From the NCBI GenBank assembly GCA_024405635.1, contig JAKSOL010000010.1:2128-66127 (forward strand): a stretch of DNA of 64,000 nucleotides. The letters are read 5' to 3'. Under the pieces are notes generated by a model that was given only the letters and a program-made list of their open reading frames with translations, was not told where the DNA came from and did no database searches. Of this stretch, positions 25,004-33,961 are shown in pieces. The position numbers and the translations under genes are program-made. This DNA comes from Salinivirgaceae bacterium. GTDB lineage: Bacteria > Bacteroidota > Bacteroidia > Bacteroidales > SZUA-534. Numbering within the stretch: position 1 is the first letter of the stretch; each line of letters opens with the position of its first letter.

Positions 25004-26569
25004 CTAAAATGGCAAATTATCGTCAGTATTATAACTATCGCCCAATCCAAAGTTATTGTTAACTGGCATTGGTTCAGGTTGCGATGGTTCTTCTGATTCT
25101 GCCGAATTCATCTTTGAGTGAATAACATTGTTGTTCATCTCGTCAATTGCTGCATTTGCATCAGAATCGTCAGCATTTTCAAAACGAGTGTACTGACTGA
25201 TAAATTTCAAATAAACTGAACCAACGGCACCGCTACGGTGCTTTGCTATTATTATTTCAGCAATACCTTTTAACGAACGCCCCGACTCATCGGTATCTAT
25301 GTGGTAATATTCTGGTCGGTGAATAAACATAACCATATCGGCATCTTGCTCAATAGCACCAGACTCGCGCAAGTCTGACAACTGAGGACGTTTGTCGCCT
25401 CCGCGACTTTCAACTGCACGACTCAACTGGCTCAATGCAATAATCGGCACATTCATTTCCTTGGCAATGGCTTTCAAATTTCGCGAAATGGTACTAACCT
25501 CTTGCTCACGGCTACCAAAGTTGCCACCTGCCGTCATAAGCTGCAAATAGTCGATAATTGCAATTTTTATTTTGTGACGTTCTACCAATCGGCGCATTTT
25601 GGTACGGAACTCGGTAACTGACAAAGCTGGAGTATCGTCAATATACATTGGCGTTTTTGATAGGAATTCCATTTTATCGGTCAATCGTTGCCAATCAGAA
25701 GAATCAAGTTTACCTGTTTTCATTTTTTCGCTTTCGATGCGAGCTTCGGCACTCACAATGCGATTTACAAGTTGCACCGACGACATCTCCAACGAGAACA
25801 CCGCAACAGGTTCATTATTTATAGCAATGTTACGTGCCATTGAAAGCACAAATGCAGTTTTACCCATGGCTGGACGTGCTGCAATAATAACCAAATCAGA
25901 AGGATGCCAGCCCGCTGTAATTTTGTCCAATTCGGTATAACCACTAGGCACTCCGCTCATTCCGCCTTCGCTTTTTGCCGCTTTCTCCAGTTGGTCATAA
26001 GCATCGCGCAGCACCGCTCCAATCTCCGACACCTCTTTCTTTATATATCCATTTTCTAATTCAAAGACCGAATGTGAAGCTTTTTGTAACAATTCAGCAA
26101 CATCTTGACTTTCGTCAAAAGCATCACGCTGAATGGCAGCACCAACACGAATCAATTCACGTTGCAAGAACTTTTCTGACACAATGCGAGCATGAAATTC
26201 AACGTGAGCAGTGGATGCTACACGATTGGTAATAAGCGCCAACTCGGCAATACCTCCAACCTCTGTCAGTTTACCATTTCTCGATAATTGCTCGGCAACT
26301 GTATTCATATCAATAGGATTGCGGCTATCTGACAAATTTTTAATTGCCTTGTATATTTCACCAAACTTTTCGTTGTAAAAATGCTCGGGTTTCAAAAAAT
26401 CGGCCACAGCATATATTGCATCTTTTTCAAGCATCAACGCACCCACAACCGACTCTTCAAATTCGGTTGCTTGAGGAGGTGTTTTTCCGGTTCCTTCAAA
26501 ATATTTTTCGTCTGGCGTTACCTTAGTATTTCGTCTTCGCGAACGGACATTTGACTGTTCTTCTGGCAT
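25004..26569 (-). CDS. dnaB: Replicative DNA helicase DnaB with a 56-aa acidic C-terminal extension
   Basis: Motifs seen: Walker A ARPAMGKTAF, Walker B IIDYLQLM, the RecA-like core and the N-terminal DnaB domain (ESVVGALMLE). The extra tail ends in DDNLPF. Confidence 0.93.
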   Translation of the reverse strand: MPEEQSNVRSRRRNTKVTPDEKYFEGTGKTPPQATEFEESVVGALMLEKDAIYAVADFLKPEHFYNEKFGEIYKAIKNLSDSRNPIDMNTVAEQLSRNGKLTEVGGIAELALITNRVASTAHVEFHARIVSEKFLQRELIRVGAAIQRDAFDESQDVAELLQKASHSVFELENGYIKKEVSEIGAVLRDAYDQLEKAAKSEGGMSGVPSGYTELDKITAGWHPSDLVIIAARPAMGKTAFVLSMARNIAINNEPVAVFSLEMSSVQLVNRIVSAEARIESEKMKTGKLDSSDWQRLTDKMEFLSKTPMYIDDTPALSVTEFRTKMRRLVERHKIKIAIIDYLQLMTAGGNFGSREQEVSTISRNLKAIAKEMNVPIIALSQLSRAVESRGGDKRPQLSDLRESGAIEQDADMVMFIHRPEYYHIDTDESGRSLKGIAEIIIAKHRSGAVGSVYLKFISQYTRFENADDSDANAAIDEMNNNVIHSKMNSAESEEPSQPEPMPVNNNFGLGDSYNTDDNLPF

Positions 26570-26835
26570 AACTTTATTTTTTTACGCCACAAAATTAGAA
26601 CTCGAAAACGAAAGGCGAAGTTTATCGCAAATGAGTTTTCAACACGCACAACAAAATAATCGCTTTTTCGCCATAACAAGCTACAAATCAACTGATTATA
26701 TTTTATCAACAATCAAAAAAAAAGCAAACTGACAAAAGCATTAAAAGCAGCACTTTAAGCACAAAGTGAAGAAAAATTGCACTTGACTGCAAATTCATTT
26801 CTGGCAACAATAACATAGAGCAAAAACAAGATTTT

Positions 26836-26843
26836 TATTTTTG
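26836..26843 (+). promoter_or_regulatory. Bacteroidota-type -7 promoter box (TATTTTTG)
   Basis: Exact TAnnTTTG match 63 nt upstream of the ATG at 26906. Confidence 0.35.
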
Positions 26844-26905
26844 CATTACTAGTCAATACCATTTTAGAATTGGCCAAACCAACAAACACGCACAAATTAA
26901 ACAAT

Positions 26906-27745
26906 ATGATTTTTTACCCTAACGCAAAGATTAACATTGGTTTACGAATAATTAACAAACGTCCCGACGGTTTTCATAACCTTGAGTCGTTTATGCTTCC
27001 CATAGGTTTACACGATGAATTGAACATTGAACCAACCTATTCTGCTAATAAAAAAATTGCGCTATCAATAAAAGGGATGCAGATTGACGGCAGTTTAGAC
27101 GACAATTTAATTTGCAGAGCATACCGATTGATTGATGCCGACCTAAACCTTCCACCAGTAAGCATAACATTGCAAAAAAACATTCCAACTGGAGCAGGTT
27201 TGGGTGGAGGTTCGGCCGACTGTGCATTTACCATTACTGGACTGAATAAGCTTTTTAATCTTGGGCTTTCTGTTGAAAAAATGCAACAATATGCGGCTCA
27301 ACTTGGTAGCGATTGTGCTCTATTTGTTGAAAACAAACCAGCGTTAGCATATAGCCGTGGCGAAGTTTTGAAGCCTGTTGATGTAAACCTTGCAGAGTAT
27401 AAACTGATGTTGGTTTTGCCTCAAATTCATGTAAGTACAGGCAAGGCCTACAGCCTTATTACACCAGCCGAGCCTACCGAAAAAGTTGCTGACCTTTACA
27501 AACTCAATCCTAACGAATGGCCAAACCGAATGATAAACGATTTTGAGGCTCCAATTTTTGACCTTTATCCACAATTGGCTGCTATAAAACAAAGACTTTA
27601 TGACCTTGGTGCCGAATACGCTTCAATGTCGGGCAGCGGGTCATCGGTTTATGGCATATTTAAACAACTGCCACAAACATTGGCAAGCGATTTTGAAGGT
27701 TGCTTTGTATGGAAAGGAAATTTAACGCCACAAAATATTAAATAA
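26906..27745 (+). CDS. ispE: 4-diphosphocytidyl-2-C-methyl-D-erythritol kinase
   Basis: Motifs seen: AKINIGLRI...RPDGFHNL and the GHMP-kinase motif PTGAGLGGGSADCA. The ATG at 26906 is preferred over the TTG at 26870. Confidence 0.9.
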   Translation: MIFYPNAKINIGLRIINKRPDGFHNLESFMLPIGLHDELNIEPTYSANKKIALSIKGMQIDGSLDDNLICRAYRLIDADLNLPPVSITLQKNIPTGAGLGGGSADCAFTITGLNKLFNLGLSVEKMQQYAAQLGSDCALFVENKPALAYSRGEVLKPVDVNLAEYKLMLVLPQIHVSTGKAYSLITPAEPTEKVADLYKLNPNEWPNRMINDFEAPIFDLYPQLAAIKQRLYDLGAEYASMSGSGSSVYGIFKQLPQTLASDFEGCFVWKGNLTPQNIK

Positions 27746-27795
27746 CAACAACTTATCTTATCAATACGCATTTCACAATTAAACTCTACAGCATT

Positions 27796-27830
27796 AAAAG
27801 AGCCACAAAGCAATGCTTTGTGGCTCTTTT
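27796..27830. terminator. Bidirectional rho-independent terminator between convergent genes
   Basis: The sequence aaaagagccacaaagc-aat-gctttgtggctctttt is a perfect long palindrome with A and T flanks. Confidence 0.85.
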
Positions 27831-27847
27831 AATATTTATAAAGTGAA

Positions 27848-28651
27848 CTATTTACCGCTATACTTCACTTTTAATTGAGTCATAACACGTTTGGTGTCAA
27901 GAGCAAATTCTCCGTTCATCATCCAACTATAGTAACTTGGCTCAACAGCTAGCACTTCCGACACCAATTTACCTTTGTGTTTGCCAAAGTTGAACACTTC
28001 TTGGTTTTTGTCGTTGTATATAATACGACCAGCAAAATCAACATCGCGGTTATGAGATGAGAAAGCCGATAGTGCATCAATATCGTTCACAATAGGTTTT
28101 GAAACACGCTTATTTTCTTCATACTCAGCATCTTGATAACGATCAAGTTGAGCTTTTAAAACTTCGTAAGTTGCTCGAGTATCGGCAGCTGCACCATGAG
28201 CACCAACCAACTCTTGTCCACAATAGAACTTGTACGCAGCTGAAAGAGTTCGACGTTCCATTTTGTGAAAAATCACTTGCACATCAACCATTTTATGGCG
28301 ACGAAAATCAAAATCCACATCGGCACGCAAAAACTCTTCGGCCAACATTGGCACATCAAACTTATTAGAGTTAAAACCAGCAATATCGCAGCCCTCAAGT
28401 ATTTGCGCAAACGTTTTGGCGTAATCTTTAAACAAAGGTTTATTTTTTACATCGTCGTTTGTAATGCCATGAACAGCCGTTGCTTCAGCAGGGATTTCTC
28501 TACCGGGATTGAATCGCATAACTTTTTGCTCCTCTTCTCCATCAGGAAAAACTTTTAAATACGAAAGTTCAACAATGCGGTCGTTAACCACATTGATGCC
28601 AGTTGTTTCAAGGTCGAAGAAAACTATTGGTCGTTTGAGAGAAAGTTGCAT
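27848..28651 (-). CDS. DEDDh 3'-5' exonuclease (DnaQ/epsilon-like) with a C-terminal extension
   Basis: Exo I is FFDLETTG, Exo II is GFNSNKFDVPML, and Exo III is HGAAADTRATYEV. Confidence 0.85.
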   Translation of the reverse strand: MQLSLKRPIVFFDLETTGINVVNDRIVELSYLKVFPDGEEEQKVMRFNPGREIPAEATAVHGITNDDVKNKPLFKDYAKTFAQILEGCDIAGFNSNKFDVPMLAEEFLRADVDFDFRRHKMVDVQVIFHKMERRTLSAAYKFYCGQELVGAHGAAADTRATYEVLKAQLDRYQDAEYEENKRVSKPIVNDIDALSAFSSHNRDVDFAGRIIYNDKNQEVFNFGKHKGKLVSEVLAVEPSYYSWMMNGEFALDTKRVMTQLKVKYSGK

Positions 28652-28663
28652 ATCTATTAAATT

Positions 28664-29119
28664 TTATAACGAAGCCAAAACGTCTTTCACTTTTTGAGCA
28701 ATAACACTACCATCGGCTTTGCCATTGAGTTGAGCACGAGCCTCTTTCATCATTTTGCCCATATCTTGAGGACCTGCCGCACCAATAGCTGCTGCTATTT
28801 TGCGTATTTCGGCCTCAATTTCTGCTTCGCTCATTTGTTTTGGCAAGTATTCTGCAATAACATTTGCCTCAAACAACTCTTTGTCGGCCAATTCTTGACG
28901 ACCATTTTGTGCATACACTTCAGCCGACTCTTTACGTTGTTTCACAAGTTTTTGCATCACTTTTAACTCAGTTTCTTCCGATAGCACATCGCTTGCTCCT
29001 TTTTCGGTTTTTGCCAACAAAAAAGCAGCTTTTACAGCACGCAAGGCCTCAAGACGTTCTTTCTCTTTTGACAACATTGCTGCCTTAATATCATTTTCAA
29101 CTTTTTCAAAAAAACTCAT
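28664..29119 (-). CDS. GatB/YqeY domain-containing protein
   Basis: A 151-aa helical protein with the motifs MLSKEKERLEALRAVKAA and QRKESAEVY, typical of the YqeY family. Confidence 0.85.
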   Translation of the reverse strand: MSFFEKVENDIKAAMLSKEKERLEALRAVKAAFLLAKTEKGASDVLSEETELKVMQKLVKQRKESAEVYAQNGRQELADKELFEANVIAEYLPKQMSEAEIEAEIRKIAAAIGAAGPQDMGKMMKEARAQLNGKADGSVIAQKVKDVLASL

Positions 29120-29305
29120 AATAATATGTTTTATAGTTTAACTTAATTGTTTAGATATCAACATTTTAACCGCAAGATACAATTATGCTCCAATCGTTTT
29201 CTTTTTAACAGAAATTGATAAAAATTTATTGCTTTTTGCAAAATTGTTCAACAACACAAATGTAAGTATTGGAGTTTGAGTTTCGCACAAGAATTTTTCT
29301 TGTTG

Positions 29306-29313
29306 TAATTTTG
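29306..29313 (+). promoter_or_regulatory. Bacteroidota-type -7 promoter box (TAATTTTG)
   Basis: Exact TAnnTTTG match 17 nt upstream of the ATG at 29330. Confidence 0.45.
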
Positions 29314-29329
29314 TTGTGATTTACAAATT

Positions 29330-29947
29330 ATGGAAACACCAAAACTTAAACTGAATATTCCGCATCAGCAGACAAAAGTTGTTCTGCACTCGTGCTGTGC
29401 GCCTTGCTCGTCGGCCATTGTTGAGTGTTTAATGCAAAACGGCATTGAGCCTGTTATATTTTACTGTAATCCAAACATTTACCCGTTGAATGAGTATCAA
29501 ATTCGAAAGGACGAAATAACCCGTTATGCTCAGAATTTAGGTTTACGAATTGTTGACGACGACTATAATCACAACGATTGGTTATGTGCCATGCAAGGAC
29601 ACGAAAACGAGCCTGAACGCGGCAGTCGATGTCTTGAATGTTTTAAATACAGGTTATTGCGCACTGCACAATTTGCTCATAATGAAGGCATTAAACTATT
29701 CACTACAACTCTAGCATCGTCGCGATGGAAAAGTTTGGAGCAGATAAACACAGCTGGTTTGTTTGCTGCAAGTCATTTTCAAAGTACCGAATATTGGGAC
29801 CAAAACTGGCGCAAAGGTGGATTATCGGAACGACGTGTGGAAATAATTAAGCAATACGATTTTTACCAACAATTGTATTGTGGTTGCGAGTTTAGTCTAC
29901 AAGGTGTAAACCAATGGCGCAAGCAAAACGGAAAAACCTATTATTAA
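29330..29947 (+). CDS. queH: Epoxyqueuosine reductase QueH (DUF208)
   Basis: Motifs seen: HSCCAPCS, the conserved Cys pattern (RCLECF, YCGCEF) and a size of 205 aa. Confidence 0.85.
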   Translation: METPKLKLNIPHQQTKVVLHSCCAPCSSAIVECLMQNGIEPVIFYCNPNIYPLNEYQIRKDEITRYAQNLGLRIVDDDYNHNDWLCAMQGHENEPERGSRCLECFKYRLLRTAQFAHNEGIKLFTTTLASSRWKSLEQINTAGLFAASHFQSTEYWDQNWRKGGLSERRVEIIKQYDFYQQLYCGCEFSLQGVNQWRKQNGKTYY

Positions 29948-30016
29948 TGTTAAGGCCGATTAGCCGAGTTATCGACAATAAAAGGGCATAAATAATAGTG
30001 TGCTAGGGTACAAATT

Positions 30017-31132
30017 CTACTTTGCAGTAGCAATGCACTCCATTTCGATTAGCCAAGTTGGACGGCAAACAGGAGCCAATACAATAACTTTTGGTGTATT
30101 AGGGAATCGTGTATTAAAGATATCGGCAACAGTTGAATAATCGGCCACATCGCGCAGATACACAATCATTTGAGCCACATCGTCGAAAGTGCATTTTGCT
30201 TCGTCAAGCAGTTTTTCAACATTTTCAATCATGCGGTTGGCTTGCAATTCAATGTTGCCAACATGCACAACTTCGCCCTTGTTATTAATACTAGCAGTAC
30301 CAGAAATAAACACTTGTCTATGGTCGTCGTACCAAACACATGTACCACGCTCAAAACCAACACCATATTCGTAAGTTGGATTTAGGTGAGTTGGTGCATA
30401 AAGGAATTGTATTTGATGAGGAGCCACTCCCCCAACAGCATAGGCATCCATAGTAACAAGCGAGTTGTGAGTTTCGGTTCGACCTTGTATGCCTGTACTT
30501 GCAATAAAGTGAGTATCGGGCGAAAGTGCCTGAGTATCAAATATATGATTGCGTGCAGTAACAATGCCTGCGTAGTTGCGGTCAATGTTTTGCACAAAAA
30601 TCCAAGTGCGAATGCAATTGTTTGACAATGAGAGATTAGAGTCAACTAGTTTGCTGATATATTGCAAAAAGATGCCGTGCATTTGTTGGTACGAATCACC
30701 TTGAACATTGCGCAATGCTGTAGCCCAATAGTGTGTATACTTACCATTCTTAACAGTTACTAAACCGTTGTTGTTCAATACTTCAACATTTGTTTGCAAA
30801 TATGCCCATAGTGCAATTTTTGACCCGTTTAAAGGTGTCTGTTCAATAATAGACACTGCACAATTCAACTTATTAGCCTCGTTTGCAACAAGTTCGAATT
30901 GGTTAGCTGCATCGCTCACAAAAAAGCGAAGAAAAACAGGTTTATAACCAACAAGTTCAGTTTGTACAAGATTGTTGAATGTATCTATTACCGATTGCAA
31001 TTGATTTTCGAAAGACAAACGTTGTTGGTCAATAGCAATAACGGCCATACATTCAGAATTCAGTTGGCCGTTAAATACCGACAACTGAACCGAAGTGTTT
31101 GATTCTGAAAATGTTAATAGTTTAAATTCCAT
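30017..31132 (-). CDS. Two-domain RidA/YjgF-fold protein (possible FkbO/Hyg5-type chorismatase)
   Basis: The C-terminal 120 aa look RidA-like (IELQANRMIENVEKLL...DVAQMIVYLRD...LIEMECIATAK), with an additional roughly 240-aa N-terminal region. The size and layout resemble chorismatases. This is unverified. Confidence 0.45.
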   Translation of the reverse strand: MEFKLLTFSESNTSVQLSVFNGQLNSECMAVIAIDQQRLSFENQLQSVIDTFNNLVQTELVGYKPVFLRFFVSDAANQFELVANEANKLNCAVSIIEQTPLNGSKIALWAYLQTNVEVLNNNGLVTVKNGKYTHYWATALRNVQGDSYQQMHGIFLQYISKLVDSNLSLSNNCIRTWIFVQNIDRNYAGIVTARNHIFDTQALSPDTHFIASTGIQGRTETHNSLVTMDAYAVGGVAPHQIQFLYAPTHLNPTYEYGVGFERGTCVWYDDHRQVFISGTASINNKGEVVHVGNIELQANRMIENVEKLLDEAKCTFDDVAQMIVYLRDVADYSTVADIFNTRFPNTPKVIVLAPVCRPTWLIEMECIATAK

Positions 31133-31160
31133 TATTTGCTGTTTTTAATTAGCAGCACGG

Positions 31161-31168
31161 CAAATCTA
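31161..31168 (-). promoter_or_regulatory. Bacteroidota-type -7 promoter box (TAGATTTG)
   Basis: Exact TAnnTTTG match on the minus strand, 29 nt upstream of the ATG at 31132. Confidence 0.4.
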
Positions 31169-31231
31169 CAATTACTTTTTAGAGTTGACTTGCAAAATGA
31201 CAAAATTTAGTATCACTAAAAATGACTATTT

Positions 31232-32014
31232 TTAAATAACCCCAAAATGTTTAAGTGCGTTTTCAACTCCATTGTTATCAATATGCGATGTAACATAATC
31301 AGCCGCACGTTGCACATTGATGCCGGCGTTGCCCATAGCGATACCGATTCCAGCTTTTTTTAGCATTGAAATATCGTTACCTCCATCGCCAAAAGCAATC
31401 GTATCGGCAATTGAAATTCCAAAATGTTGAGCAATAGCCTCCAAACCATTGTCTTTGCCCGCCATTGACGATGTTATATCGGTAAAAAGCGGAGTCCAAC
31501 GGCCCGACACACAACCAACAAGCCGTTGCATTAGGTTAAGTTCTTGCTGCTCGGTGCAAAAGGCAGTAAGTTGCAATATTCGTTGCGATGCAATAACAGA
31601 CTCGGGCGATGGCATAGTGCGCAAATCGGCATTCAGTTCACCCAAGAAAGTATCAACAGCTATGGCTTTAGGATTAAAGATGCACATGTCTTTTTCAGCC
31701 GACACAACAACTGGATAATCAAGCGCTTGCGCATCAGCCAAAACGGTTTCCACATCGGTTTTTATTATTTCGTTGGTAAGAACAACCGTATTGCCTACAA
31801 AGCAATGAGCGCCGTTGGTGGTTATGTAACCATCGACCAAATGCTCAATTTGCCCAACGTTGTTCAAAATTGGTTTGGGCCTACCTGTTGAAATAAAAAT
31901 TTTGTGTCCATTGGCTTTTGCTTGCTCCAATGCAGCAATGGTTGACTGCGGTATGTTATGTGTGGAAAAACTGACTAAAGTTCCATCAATATCGAAAAAA
32001 AGTGCCTTTGACAT
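31232..32014 (-). CDS. Cof-type HAD-IIB hydrolase (sugar phosphatase family)
   Basis: Motifs seen: FFDIDGTL, ISTGR and FGDGGNDISML. Confidence 0.88.
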   Translation of the reverse strand: MSKALFFDIDGTLVSFSTHNIPQSTIAALEQAKANGHKIFISTGRPKPILNNVGQIEHLVDGYITTNGAHCFVGNTVVLTNEIIKTDVETVLADAQALDYPVVVSAEKDMCIFNPKAIAVDTFLGELNADLRTMPSPESVIASQRILQLTAFCTEQQELNLMQRLVGCVSGRWTPLFTDITSSMAGKDNGLEAIAQHFGISIADTIAFGDGGNDISMLKKAGIGIAMGNAGINVQRAADYVTSHIDNNGVENALKHFGVI

Positions 32015-32122
32015 CGGTTTGCGATTTATGGGACAAAGATAGTCAATGCTGTTGCTACGATTTAATTTTAAACAAATAGTTTATGCTGAAGTAAGAATGA
32101 TTATCTTCAACAAAAAAACCTT

Positions 32123-32575
32123 ATGGAACTTACTAAATACAATTTCGCTTTTCAATTTATACCGATGCTGGTTAACGACTTAAAATCGGATTTTAAACTG
32201 ATTGAATTCCTGATAAACAAAACAGCAATGCAAACATTGGCAAAGCACATTTATGGCGACGAGTGTACAAAATCATTTGATTGGGAACAGCTAACAATTG
32301 AACCACAAAAGTTAAACGAACGTTACATTATTGTGTTGTTTATATTGCCCGAAGCTTTGGTTGAAGGCGAAGCAAAATATGGATTGATTATTGCCGATTG
32401 CGCAAACGATACTAATCCAAGATTGGGATATTTTACACTTGAGCATCCCGAAAATGGAGGATGTTGGTTTATTGGATCAAAGGACAACGATAATCACACT
32501 AACTACGGGATACTTGAAGATGAACCCAATTACAAGAACTTTATCGCAAAATCGTTTGAAATTTTCACTGCATAG
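32123..32575 (+). CDS. Hypothetical cytoplasmic protein (150 aa)
   Basis: An intact ORF with no signal peptide. No family was recognised. Confidence 0.5.
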   Translation: MELTKYNFAFQFIPMLVNDLKSDFKLIEFLINKTAMQTLAKHIYGDECTKSFDWEQLTIEPQKLNERYIIVLFILPEALVEGEAKYGLIIADCANDTNPRLGYFTLEHPENGGCWFIGSKDNDNHTNYGILEDEPNYKNFIAKSFEIFTA

Positions 32576-32684
32576 TTAAAGTATTTAGCAACATTTGTTG
32601 ATAAACTCGCAAACAAGATACCAACAAAAACACTATCTTGCTTTCAGTTTTTTCAAACAAAAATCAGTAAAATCAAAAACAACG

Positions 32685-33896
32685 ATGAATAAAAAACTAC
32701 TTGCGATAGCACTCATCACATTGTGTTTCTGCGGAGCAAAAGCCCAAAAGTTGCCAACATATTCGCAATGGTCGGCAGAAGAAATTAAACAAGCAAACAC
32801 AGCAGTTAATGCCATTTTATCGCCACAAGAGAAAAACGTTTACACACTTTGCAACCTTGCACGACTAAATGGTCGCAAATTTGCCGAGACATACGTTGAC
32901 GACTACTGTAAAAAGCATGATATTGATAATGTACACGTAAACTCGCTAAAAGCAGATTTGATAAACGTAATAGACTTGCCCATGTTGCGACCAGTGGCAG
33001 AACTTTGCGAAGTGGCCACCTTTCATGCGCTCGACATGGGAAACAATGGTCTTACAGGCCACACCTCGTCAGACGGTACCGATTGGTCAACAAGGTTGAG
33101 AAGACAACTTGGAGCATCAACCAACTGCTCAGAAAGCGACTCGTATGGTTTATCATCGGCATTAGACATTGTTATGAGTCTGCTTATTGACGAAAAAATA
33201 CCATCACACGCAAATCGACGCTCAATTATTAACTCGCGATATATAAATATGGGCGTGAGCATTCAGCCGCACAAGCGATTTAAATATACTTGCGTAATAG
33301 ACTTTGCAGGCCGCGTGGCTCAGAAAAATGTTCCTCACTATGCCGAATGGAGCGCCGAGGAATACAAACGCGCCAACACTGCAGCAAATCAAAAGATGCT
33401 TCAACAAGAAAAAGATATTTATCTGCTTTTTAATCTTGCTCGCATCGATGGCGACAAGTTTGCAAGAACTTATGTAGCATCGTATTTTAAATACATTCAA
33501 AGCGATGAAAAAAAGCAACTAATATCGGCACTGCAAGCAACTTATAATCTTCCAGTGATTGAACCATCGGCTGAGCTTTGCCAAGCAGCTATTGACCACG
33601 CAACTGAAATGGGACGCGCAGGAAAGATGGGACATAAATCGCTTAACGACGACGGTCCAGGCAACCGTATTAGTAGATACAAAAAAGGAGCAACAAATAT
33701 TTCAGAAATATGCAACTATGGCAACCCTTGCGCCATGGACATTGTTATGAGCATTTTGATTTGCGAAGGAGAAGAAGATAGCTCGCAACGCGACAATATT
33801 TTAAGCCGTTCAAACTCTCTAATGGGCGTGAGCATAAAACCTCACAAAAACAAAGATTACAATTGCGTTATTGACTTTGCAACTTTTAACAAATAA
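32685..33896 (+). CDS. Secreted protein with two tandem CAP/SCP (YkwD-like) domains
   Basis: There is a signal peptide (MNKKLLAIALITLCFCGAKAQ) and two homologous halves. Each half has ..EWSAEE.K.ANTA.., LARL(I)(N/D)G.KFA.TYV, A..HA..MG..G..GH and NC(Y)VIDFA. The ATG at 32685 is preferred over the 32595 extension. Confidence 0.75.
   Translation: MNKKLLAIALITLCFCGAKAQKLPTYSQWSAEEIKQANTAVNAILSPQEKNVYTLCNLARLNGRKFAETYVDDYCKKHDIDNVHVNSLKADLINVIDLPMLRPVAELCEVATFHALDMGNNGLTGHTSSDGTDWSTRLRRQLGASTNCSESDSYGLSSALDIVMSLLIDEKIPSHANRRSIINSRYINMGVSIQPHKRFKYTCVIDFAGRVAQKNVPHYAEWSAEEYKRANTAANQKMLQQEKDIYLLFNLARIDGDKFARTYVASYFKYIQSDEKKQLISALQATYNLPVIEPSAELCQAAIDHATEMGRAGKMGHKSLNDDGPGNRISRYKKGATNISEICNYGNPCAMDIVMSILICEGEEDSSQRDNILSRSNSLMGVSIKPHKNKDYNCVIDFATFNK
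32760..33896 (+). repeat. Intragenic tandem duplication (two units of about 193 codons) encoding the two CAP-like domains
   Basis: Unit 1 starts at YSQWSAEEIKQANTAVN (nt 32760). Unit 2 starts at YAEWSAEEYKRANTAAN (nt 33339). The motif order is collinear through both units. Confidence 0.7.
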
Positions 33897-33911
33897 CCCC
33901 ACAACCGACAC

Positions 33912-33951
33912 AAAAAAGCCCCGATTTTCAATTGAGCATCGGGGCTTTTTG
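33912..33951. terminator. Bidirectional rho-independent terminator between convergent genes
   Basis: The sequence aaaaaagccccgat...atcggggcttttt forms an 8-bp GC-rich stem with A and T flanks. Confidence 0.8.
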
Positions 33952-33961
33952 TTGCATATAA

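Noticed and set aside
26570-26905. A possible replication origin in the 336-bp AT-rich spacer upstream of dnaB.
   Set aside because: I found only one near-consensus DnaA box (TTATCAACA at 26703-26711, 1 mismatch) and one weaker box (TTATCGCAA at 26622-26630). There is no cluster of boxes on either strand and no obvious AT-rich 13-mer repeats. This is most simply a divergent promoter region.
29120-29329. A possible preQ1 or other riboswitch upstream of queH.
   Set aside because: The -7 box sits only 17 nt from the ATG, which leaves no room for a structured leader. I could not see a preQ1-type conserved core. The only structure is a small 6-bp hairpin (caagaa/ttcttg).
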